From assembly GCA_951406725.2 (NCBI GenBank), contig OX597836.1, forward strand, positions 31,186,001 through 31,250,000: a DNA stretch of 64,000 nucleotides, read 5' to 3'. Each line of letters begins with the position of its first letter. The first letter of the stretch is position 1. The notes under the pieces were generated by a model. The model did not search any database, was not told the DNA's origin, and was given only the letters and a program-made list of their open reading frames with translations. The position numbers and the translations under genes were made by a program. Shown one piece after another: positions 22,701 through 34,220 of this stretch. This stretch comes from Octopus vulgaris (lineage: Eukaryota).

Positions 22701-23761
22701 CATTATATTTGGCTTGACCCCCAAACAAACTGCAATTTGGTCTTGCAAAGTAAATATATGTATATACATATATATATATTCAACAGAGAGACTGTCTATT
22801 CAAGTGAATGTGTGTGCGTATGCATATGCGGTTAGAGTAAGTATACACATATATATATATACATATATATTACATACGTGTATATATATATATTAACCCA
22901 ATGTTTGAGTACACTAAAATATGGAAACGGGTAGTAATAATAATAAAGAGTTGCAAAATAATTCTGTTCATTGTAAAATATAATTAAAAAAAATATGTCC
23001 ATGAATTCTGACTCCTTTTTTTCCCTTCATCATAGTCTAATCTAGTGACCCAAGTCAGTTCACACCGTGCATCATCAACTCTCTTCTCAGCCAAAACAAA
23101 GTCAGGTTAATATTATTAATAATAATAATAACAAAAAAGTTACTCATGCAATAATTTTGTTTAAAAAAAAAATAAATAAAATAGAGAAAGAAGGAAAAAT
23201 TAGAGGAATGGGAGAGAAAAAAAAAAAAAACAACTTTTTTTTTCTTTTCTCAGACAGTTTGACAAAACTGGCATGGGGAAATGTGAAGTGTTTTCAGACA
23301 CAAAAACAAAAAATTGTTGACTGAATAAAAGGGGAGATAACAAGTATGAAAAGAGTTGAGTTGCGTTTCCTGAATTTCTCTTTCTTCTCCAAGATATCAA
23401 ATGCACAGAAAAGAAGAAAAAGTTAAAAAAAAAAACAAAAAGAAAAACGGTGTATTATCATCATTATCATCATTTTCATTGAGTGTTCTGTTTCTGTCGA
23501 TGTCAGACACTAAAAGTCATAGAAACAAGATTATTTCCTTTCATTCATTCTCTTTCTTTCCTTCCTTTCTTTCTCTGGATCGTTTTGATAAGTAAAAGCT
23601 GTGGTTGGTCGGTCCATAACAGTTCCAACAATGACAGTAGTTTATTAATTTTCTTTTGATTTATTTGATGCGGTAGATGAATAATGGAACTGACTGACAC
23701 GCAAGGGGGGGTGTAGTGTGTTGAGTTCTCAAACCGTGCTTCCTCCTCTGTGCTCAAAAAG
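17100..23761 (-). other. Inferred long 3' UTR of cytohesin (3' end uncertain)
   Basis: TE-poor, U-rich (minus strand) sequence downstream of the stop codon; AATAAA on the minus strand at 17143-17138 and 17125-17120, just before a return to repeat-dense DNA. Confidence 0.4.
20771..20891 (-). other. Imperfect inverted repeat (about 50-bp stem, 20-nt loop)
   Basis: 20771-20820 pairs with 20841-20891. Confidence 0.85.
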
Positions 23762-23846
23762 CTATGTGTTTTTCGAAGGATGGGTGACAGCATTTTTCCG
23801 TCTGGTGGCCAACATGTCATAGAACGGATGCTCACTGATGCTTGTC
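23762..23846 (-). CDS. CYTH: Cytohesin last coding exon ([27 protein letters not shown])
   Basis: Polypyrimidine tract and CAG acceptor; PFYDML autoinhibitory helix; TAG stop at 23764-23762. Confidence 0.93.
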
Positions 23847-26218
23847 CTGGAAAGAGAAGAGCAGAGGGTGAAGTCAAAAATTTCTCGACCAGAATAAAAA
23901 GTTATAAACTCATTAGTTTTGTAGGTTTTAATTTCTGAATTGGGATACTAGATATTTTGAACGTTTGTTGTACCAATATGAGAGAGAGAGTTAGAGTTAG
24001 AGAGAGTTATGTGCTTAACTCTTTAACATTCAGATCACTATCATATCTAATACTTACTCATACTGTCTTCAATTAATAATCATGCATTAACTTGTAAGTC
24101 TGAGATTTCAATGATGTGATTGTTTATTTTGAGAATAATATTGTAGGTAAGTGTGAGAGGCCAGATCCGGCCAGTTTGAAGATAAAACAAGTAGATTATT
24201 AATGACCTATAGGGCAGTGCTACTCAAAATGCTTATGTATATTGTTTCCAGTATAAATTAATATTATTAAGAAATATTACTGGTCCCTGGCACATTGGTA
24301 AAAAAAACATAGTTTGAGAAGCACTGCTTTAGAGAACATGGTATTGTGTTATGCAACCATAATACAATAAAGTCAACATTGTGTTCTACTGTGTTAGCAG
24401 TGCTACTACATTACTTTTTAAAGTTATCTCTACAGGATATGTGTGTGTGTGAGTGAGTTATCCAAAATGCTTGACATAAACAGTGAAATCGAAGATGAGT
24501 AATGGGTATATATTTCAAGAGTTTTTGCTCCTCCATCAATACCCGTCCAACCCATTAATCATCTACAAACCCATTGCTTAAATAGCCACTAAATATAACA
24601 GTGTAACAATTGGATATACCGATTTTACATATTAAATGCATTTCTGGAAGGTGGTATGGAAATATTAATGACCTGTAGGGACACAGTATTTTGTTATGCA
24701 ACTATAATATACTACAAAGTACATTAAACATCTTTATAAGTCAATACCATGTTCTACTGTGCTAGCAATGCTACTACATCACTTATTAAGGTTAATCTCT
24801 ACAGATTATCTACGTAAAACAAGTAGAATATTTAGGCTGGATATGGCTGGCATAAATGCAAATGGTTTAAAATAAGTTGTTCTAACATTTGTCTGTCAAG
24901 ATAGTTACATATTTCAAGCAACTGTCACACGAACAATTCTTTAGGAAAGAAGCAGATCTAAGTTTAGGATATTCATTGTGCCAGCATTACATATTTAGTA
25001 TGTCTATTGATATCAGAAATGGTGTGATGAAATAGAGACCAAATCTGGTCAAGCTGTAGTATAAGCAAAAGCATTTCATCCATGAATATCCTGACATATT
25101 AAGAGTATCTCGGGGTTAAATGTCTCACCACCATTTGATGTACAGGTGTAGGCATGGCTTCCTAACTACACGGTCTTGGGTTCAATCTCACTGCACGACC
25201 TCTTGGGCAAATGTCTTCTAATATAGCTCCAGGTTGACCAAAACCTTGTGAGTGGATTTGGTAGACGGAAACTCAAAGAAGCCCTTCATATGTGTGTGTG
25301 TGTGTATGTTGCTGTCCCTTTGCCTTGACCTCGTGTAATAGATGAGAAGGATTGTCACTGTCATGCAAGCAGTAGTGCCCTTTGTTTGATATTTTCTGCT
25401 GAAACATGTCTGGTCATGGGGAAATATTACCTTACTTGGAAACAGGTGAGGGCTGGCAACAAGTAGGGCGTTCGGCTATAGAAAATCTACCTCAATAACA
25501 AAATTCCATCCAACCCATGTAAGCATAGAAAAGTGGATGTTAAAACAAATGAAAATGATGTATACTTTTGAGGAAAATTTAGTTCTACTTCTAGCAAGTC
25601 AAATGATTATGTAGAGAGGCTGCTTCAATGGCATGCAATAGTAGTAGTAGTAGTTACAAATCTTTAAAACAAATTTCAGAATTTAATCAGAAAACGAAAT
25701 TAGTTATCTGTAAATAATTTGAGATAACTGATGCCAAAAGTTTTGGTAAGTTCACAGAAGTGTGAAGAGAGATAAGTAGTAGAGATAAGAGGCAGAGCCA
25801 TCTGTTCTTCCTCTTCCTTCCCCACCATCAACCATCTTACAATGCAAACAGAATTTAGTTTGTCACAGAATATCAATAAGAATCAAGATTTATAGAAGAT
25901 TCCTCCCCTCTCTCTTCAGGGTAAAAGAAAAAAAAAAATACAATGCCTTGAATGCAATTCAGTGAATGGAAAAATATGTAAGCAGGCCCTTAAGTTTGTG
26001 TCATTTTATGTCCTGTAACACATAAGCTCACTCCCTTCATCAAATCGAAATTACCTGTACTGGGGCACTATGTGCCACATGTCAGATGATGAAATAATTG
26101 CAGAGCAATGTGAAATGAAGCACTTTGCTCAAGAACACAACACAATGCCTGGTCTGGGAATCGAAACCATGACCTCGCACTTGTGAGTACAACACCCTAA
26201 CCACTAAGTACCTTTATA

Positions 26219-26264
<46 letters not shown>

Positions 26265-26585
26265 GGACCTTTATGTGTATATGTGTGTGTATGTGTATAT
26301 GTGTGTGTGTATATATGTGTATGTATGTGTATATATATATAGATAGATATATATACACATGTGTAGAAGGTTGAAAAGGAACCCACGAGTTGATATACAT
26401 GGAAAAAAAAGTCAAGGTAGAAAATGCTAAAATAATTTTATAAAAAACATTTCAGTACCAGTTTCAGTCATTGAGACTTTTTCAACTGTAAGTATGGAAA
26501 ACAATTAAATTCTGGAAAAATTAAAAGATTTTTAAAAGAATATTTGCATAGTGTTCAAATACAAGTGGCATTTTCCTTGTTTCTG

Positions 26586-26630
<45 letters not shown>

Positions 26631-29600
26631 TATATATATAAATAAATAAATAAATAAACATCTGTGCAAGCACTTGGCCATGCATGAGCAAGCAGTCAGC
26701 CTTACAATGAGTCAACTACCTGAGTGACTCATCAAACCTATCTCTATTGTAAAACAAAGAAATTTTACTCACTTGATAGCAGTCATCCATTCTTCTTTAT
26801 CTTCTGCTTTTGATGCTGACATTCGATACACAGTGTGTTTACCTAAAGTAGGGGGGAAAAAAATACATAGGAAAATGAGGAAGGCATTCAGGACATCTGA
26901 GGTGTAGATGCTGTGTGGCATAATTGATAGCATACATTTTGTGATATTTATGTTATACAGTTCAAAAGTAATAGTTACATGTTGAATGTGGTAGTTATAG
27001 TATCATAGATCAGACACGAGCAACCCTTTTTGAGAAGTGAGCCACATGAAACATGGCTCATTATTAAGTGGAACATACTAGTAAAATAATTCAAAGTAAT
27101 TTTTCTTTGAAGGTACCATACAGAAAGTCTTCTGGGCCACAGTTTGCCCATCACGGTCATAGGTTGTGTAAATGGTATTTCTAATTTTACCATATTGGTT
27201 ACCAAAGCACAGCTGAGATGGATGGGACAACACCTCATACAAATGCCCAAATTTGTACAGCAGTCTTTCATTGTTAGCTGAAAACGAGGACCCTAAGACA
27301 GGGTGGCCGAAAGAAGAGACAGAGATGAGGTCAGGTGCACGCTGAAATGGTACAAGATATTCCATACCATTGAGAAGAACTGGTAGAATATTCTTTTCTA
27401 CTCAAGGCACAAGGCCTGAAGTTTTGGGGGAAGGGGCCAGTTGATTAGATCGACTCCAGTTCACAACTGGTAGTTAATTTATTGATCTCGAAAGGATTAA
27501 TGGCAAAGTTGACCTCGGCGGAATTTGAACTCAAAACATAAAGACAGACGAAATACTTATTTCTTTACTACCCACAAGGGGCTAAACATAGAGGGGACAA
27601 ACAAGGACAGACAGATGGATTAAGTCGATTATATCGACCCTAGTGCGTAACTGGTACTTAATTTATTGACCCCAAAAGGATGATCAAAGCCTTGTGAGTG
27701 GGCTTGGTAGATGGAAACTGAAAAGTGTGCGTGTGCATGTCCCCTTGTCTTCACACCAATCAAGAATTGTAAAATAAGCATCACTGTCATACAAGTGAAG
27801 CTGTTTGTTTCCAGTCTTCTGTGGGGAAAATGTCTGGCCATGAGAAATATTACCTTGCTTGAAAACAGGTAATGGTTGGTGACAGGAAGGCTATCTGGCC
27901 TTAGAAAATTTGGCTCAACAAATTCCGTTTGACTCAGTCACGGAAAAGTGGACATAAAATGATGAAAAATGTTGATGGTGTATGTGCTATTTATGATGTA
28001 CATGTGATATAACCGACGCCAAACATGATGTGTTATTACCCATATTGTATGCAGTATGTTGTGTTGTATTAGTGATGATATCACTTACAGTCTATATGAT
28101 ATTTAAGACAGTTTATCTTACCTTCAACTACTTTGCCTTCAGAGTCTAATTTACAAGCTTTAATTATTTCGTGGCCACCAGAATGAATCTCAAAGCAGTT
28201 TGGTTTGTTGGTTTTTTCAGGACCGACCTCTCGGACACGTATGTTTTCAAGAGGAATGATACCTTTTGGTTCTTTGTCCTGTAAAATACATGGAAATTAT
28301 TTATAAATACATACATTTGTGAATGTCAGTGGCTTAGTGGTTAGTGAGTTGGACTCCTGATCATCAGGTTATGGAGGTTTGATCGATGGACTGGGTGGCA
28401 CATCATTTTGGGTTGTGCCAGTCTACTGAGCCAAAAATGAGTACCAGCTAGTATGGTAGCAAAAGCCTGAAGTTGTATTCCAAACATCAGTTTAATATAC
28501 TAATAAGTAAATTTTAAAAAAAAAAAAACATTTTTTACCAAACTCTTTAGAAGTTTTTTGTTATTTTGAAGGAAATTAAGTGAAGTAAAAATACAGAGTC
28601 AGTGTTCTTGTGGGTAGAAATGTGGTTGTTCAATGGTTAATGATTCTGAAGAGGAGCAAGCTGCAAATTATGAAACTCAATATTTTTCTGGTATATAAAT
28701 ATCTGATTGTGACAATAATATTGTTTAACCCTTTCGTTACCATATTTCTGACCAAAATACACCCCTTATGTGTTTCAATTAATTTCTAACGTAATCATAA
28801 ATTTAGTCTGGTTTCATTAAACAACTATAACTTTTTTATTTATCAATATATTAACTTGAATTTTGGAAGATAATTTAATGAAATGTTCTCAACCAATTCT
28901 ATACTATAATTTTTGTCACAAAGTGTCTCTAATTGCAGGTAGATACAGGTAAATTCAACAAAATATAAAATTATAAAAATTTTGTTCAAACATCGCTATA
29001 GAAAATGGGTTATTAGCTAATATTCAATTGGGTATACAAGAAAATTCTACGATAGAATTTGTTATTCTGGGTAACTTTCTGATACCCATAATAATATTTA
29101 TGGCAAAATAGGTCTTAATTTCATTTAAGGTTGTGGGAAATAAACTATCGTTTCTTTCGCTTTGTTTACGCTTAGCGTAACGGTTCGTTTCCGCCGTAAT
29201 GATTTCAAATAGGCTCATTCGAAAAAGTAAAAAGAAATAGTCTAAGGCTTTACTCTTCTGGGAAAGTCTGTGGCTTGGTCCAGTTTCTTCGGAAAAATCA
29301 CCGAAAGAAACAGTTTTTAAATTTTCACTCCATTCAGGTGCCAATTCATTTTCTTTATCGCTGTCGGAGGTCTCGGATTCAGTGTTTTCACTTTCGGAAA
29401 ATGAAACATCAGATTCATTATCAAATACCACATGCTTTATTTTTCAGTCATAGAGTTAGATTTATGAAGGTCTTCAGTAGAAAATCCTTCGAATTCTGAC
29501 TCGCTGCTTGATATAATGAAATTCATATCCATTTTTTGTCAGAATTACAAATTTTGAAAACACAATAGGAACAAATTTCGGAAAAAATCTCCCAAAATTC

Positions 29601-32600
29601 ACGGAATTAAAATTACACTTCGATTTTTGTACAAACTGTAGTTGAACTGTTTACGAAGTATAATACGTGTTTTCACAAATGTACTAAAGAGATTTGCTCT
29701 GATATTCTCATTTAAATATGAATAGGTAAATTCGGGCGGCTTGGTCACATTAACCAAAATTTTTTTCGGGCGGTTTGGTAACGAAAGGGTTAAAGGCTTC
29801 AGTTAAAGGAAGATAAAAGAGAACTGTGTAAGGAATGATAATGAAATAACAAAGAAGACACTACTTACAGTTGTATATTCGAAGTAATAGAGACAGTTAT
29901 CATTGAGTATAAACCATCTTCTTTTCCAGTTCTTGTAACGACCACCTAAACAGGAAAGAAAAAAAAAAATCAAACTTTATTAATAAATTGAACAACAAGA
30001 TATCTTTTTCATTGGAGTGGGTATAGGTGCAGGGGTGGCTGTGTGGTAAGAAGCCTGCTTACCAACCACATGGGTTCAGTCCCACTGCGTGACATCTTGG
30101 GCAAGTGTCTTCTACTATAGCCTCGGGCCGACCAAAGCTTTGTGAGTGGATTTGGTAGTTGGAAACTGAAAGAAGCTTGTCGTATGTATATATATATATA
30201 TTTTTCTTATTATATATTGATTATTCCTTTTTATACTTTTTGAGATCTAGTTATATGTTTTATAAAAATATATTTTATTTGTTATTTATGCTTTGGTTAT
30301 GGATCACCATTGTTAGTGTGACTTCTTTAACATATATTATCTATAAGTTCCACAACTATAATTGTTACCATAGCAACAAATACAACCACAAACATCATGA
30401 TGTACATATGAAACTTAAGAGAAACCCTGCACAAGTGCATTGGTGTGATGTCTATGTCAATTTAGAGCCCCAAAATGGCCACAGAGCTAGAAATACTGGA
30501 GTCCACAAAGTTTAACAAGTCTTTCTGGAAAATTCACAATCATTAAAGCTTACCTTGTTTCCATAACCATCCTTCTTTGACTGGGTTGAAGAACGTGTGC
30601 ATCAGATCATTACCATCATCTTCAGGGATTTTAAAGGGTTCATTTTTTATACTTTCATATAAACTCTGTAAGAAAAGAACAATTAGAATTAGATTAATCA
30701 GATACAACATTGAGAGATTAACATTTTATTTACCAGGTTTCTAGAGAGAGTGTGGCCTAGTGGTAAGGGTGCTGCACTGAAGATCACGATATCATGGTTT
30801 CAATTCCTGGACTGGTTCCTAACACTAGCTTAATGATAACTAAATTATTTTACTAAATTCTTTGTTATATTTAAAGTAATTGAAAGAAACACGGAGCATC
30901 TGAAAATAAATACAATAACAAAAGGGTTAACGCATTTTCCTCTCTTCTCTACCTTAAATTTTCTAAATCTAAACAGCAAAATTTTAAAAATGTAACCCTT
31001 TTATGACCATATTTCTACTGAAATACATCCACTGCCTATGTATTAAAAAAAATTTTTTTTTATGAATTATGAAAATTTAGAATTTGGGGGGGATATTAAA
31101 ATAGCTAATTTTTTTACGTTTACCATTCCATTAGGCTGATGTGAAAAGATTCTGAGGCAAAAGAAATAAATAGAAATAAAACTTAAAAGATGATAAATTA
31201 AAAAGGGACTAACAATGACTGACCAGTGACTGGTGTCAAGAGGTCGAAGTCAATCTACAGGAATATAACAAACACTTATGTCTCTAAACTCAATATGAAA
31301 GATAAAAATAAAAACTCAGTTGTAGTGGAACTATGGCAGAGATTCACAGTTATGTACCAATGCCAGCATTCGATCTACGGAAGAAGAGAAGTTGGCAAAA
31401 AAGCCAAACTCATTATCTTCCATTTGGCAAAGAGACTGATAGAATAAGTACAAGAGAGAGAGAGGGGGGAGAGAGAAACATGGCATAGTCAATTTGTTGT
31501 TTGACTAGACTCTTCATGTCAGTGCCCCAGCATGGCCACAGTCCAATGAGTGAAACAAATAAAAGACAATTTTCTATAGCAAGCATTGTGTATTTGCAAC
31601 TACATTATTTAATGTCCTTTTCTCTTTTCATAATGGTTGAGTACAATTTGAAGGATATTTCACTGCTATTTCTAGTAAACTAAACAACCACATAGAGGCT
31701 TTCTCAGTTGCCTGACACTTTTCCCTTAACCCTTTAGCATTCAGATTATTCCGTCAAATGAAATGCTTATTTATTCACAGTATTTTGAACTAATCATGCA
31801 TTACTTTGTACCATTGAGATTTTTGATGATGTCATTGTTTACTTTTGGAATGACATTGTAGAGTAGGTGTGAGGGGCCAGACCTTGGGCCGAGTATAGCT
31901 GGTTTAAATGCTAAAGAGTTAAAGCATTTTCAAGTCTTCTGTAGTCTATGTACTGTTTTCCTCAACTACGCATCTTCAGTTTGCAAGATAGCAGGGTGGA
32001 AGTTGAGGGAGGAGATATCTTCAATGTAGAGGTTCCTTCTCATGTGTATATGTGTGTGTGTGTGTGTGTTTGTTTTGCGTAATAAATGTACTGACTGGTT
32101 GATAGCCAGTAATGAGATGTCAACAGACCAAGACAACACGGGAGATAGGGCAAGATAATGAATCACAGTTAATATAAAACAGTGCCTTATATTTTGCACA
32201 TCACATAACCCGTATCAACAGGTGACCTCTGGCACTACAAACTGTGCCAGTGATAGCTACAAGCTATCACCAGACATGTGGTACTGATTTGGTAACGAAC
32301 CAAATGAAATAAACATTCACCTACTTATACATACATCATACACATATAGACAGTGACAGAGACACACAATCACACATACACAGTCATTACATTCATGATC
32401 TCCCTACCACCATCTCCACCTACACAGGGTTATAGACCAGATGGTGTGGTAAAGCTGTTGACATACATAGTTAACCCTTTTTAATACCAACCACTCTTGA
32501 GAAATCCCCCTGGCTCTATGATACAAATCTCGTGTTTTATAGGGATTTAAATTGAAATTTCCCACCAAAATTTCATGTTGTGTTGCAAACACTAACTTAA

Positions 32601-34156
32601 CGACAAAATTATTTTATTAAATTCATTATTTTCAAAATGAATCGAACCAGGGATGTTGGAAAGATTAATGAAGTTGTCTGCTATCTGACCAAGGTTGTAT
32701 TTCATAAAGAATTTATTGCTGAACGTATTCTATATCTCATTATTCAAAGAAGCTATGTATTATCAAAAAAAGAAAAAAGAAAAGAAAAAAAAACAGGGGT
32801 GGAAGGTCATAGGGGAGATCATAGAGATCCTCGATGGTAGGTGGTAACCTTAAATGCATAACAGCAATCCTTCGCAATATCGCAGTTCACCTATCGCGGT
32901 TTATTATTTAAGTTTACATCAATCCCTCCGTGGTGTTGTTTTGCATTTATAATAAAATAAATATATACAAATTATAAAAAAAAATACAGTACAGTACTGT
33001 TTCTACTTTGCGGATTTTCACCTATTGCAGGGGTTTTTGGAATGTAATACCCACGATAGTCGAGGGATTACTGTACTCAGTTTAGCGCCATTTGGACACT
33101 GGATGCTTTCAGCAATCTCCACTCTGTTGTAAGTATTTGAACCAACTCCCCAGTTACTTCCTCCCTTACTCACATCAGCCTCATGTACCCTGCTAGAAAT
33201 AAAGTCATCATTCATGATGAACTTCCCTTTCTGACTAAGGGGCTCTTGTACTAATGACTTACTAAACAGGAAAAAAAAAAAAAAAAAAAAAGCTCAATTA
33301 GTTGGAATTTCTCTCAATGAAAAAATAATTTTAGTTTTAGTTGTTTTTTTTTCTATTAAGTAGCTTCTAATCATACATACCGTGAGAAGTTTTGCTGGTA
33401 AATCTTCTCCGTCATTGATTCCTCGATTCATCTGAATGAATCTTTCCACTGTCGGTTTGTCTTTCACACTGGGATTGTGTAAACTTGTGTTCAACATAAT
33501 GATAGCAAATGACAGCACATAACAGGTATCTGAAAAAGGAGAACAGAGGAGTGATTAGATAGATTAGAGGATTATATATATATATATATATGCATAAAAA
33601 AGATTCGAGCGAGGTCATTGCCAGTACCGCCTGACTGGCCCTGTGCTGGTGGCATGTAAAAAGTATCCACTACACTCTCGGAGTGGTTGGTGTTAGGAAG
33701 GGCATCCAGCTGTAGAAACTCTGCCAGATCAAGATTGGAGCCTGGTGCGGCTGTATGGTTCGCCAGCCCTCAGTCAAAATCGTCCAACCCATGCTAGCAT
33801 GGAAAGCGGATGTTAAACGATGATGATGATGATAATGCATATGATAAATATAATACATGGTGTGTGTGTCTGTGTGTTTGTATACATACATGTGTGTGTG
33901 TGTATCATCATTGTTTTAATGCCCCCTTTTCCATGCTTGCATGAGTTGTGCAGAATCTGTTGAGACAGATTTCCTACAGCTGGATGCCCTTCCTGTTGCT
34001 AACCTTTAACTGTTTTCAAGAAAGGTAATATTTCCCCCATGACCTTTTCACAGATCTTTTCACAGAATACAGGAAACGAAGGGCAACACTTGCATGATGG
34101 TGACACTTATTTACAACTAATGTATGATGTCAAAACATAGAGACAGCAACAAACAA

Positions 34157-34220
<64 letters not shown>

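Noticed and set aside
23545-23877. 110-aa ORF overlapping the last cytohesin exon
   Set aside because: Different frame from the conserved PFYDML peptide; extends into UTR-like sequence.
27078-27365. Minus ORF ending in KKNYFELFY, superficially like the PH-domain KPNCFE motif (possible mutually exclusive exon)
   Set aside because: The rest does not resemble a PH domain, there are no fitting splice sites, and the plus strand is better explained as a decayed RTE C-terminus.
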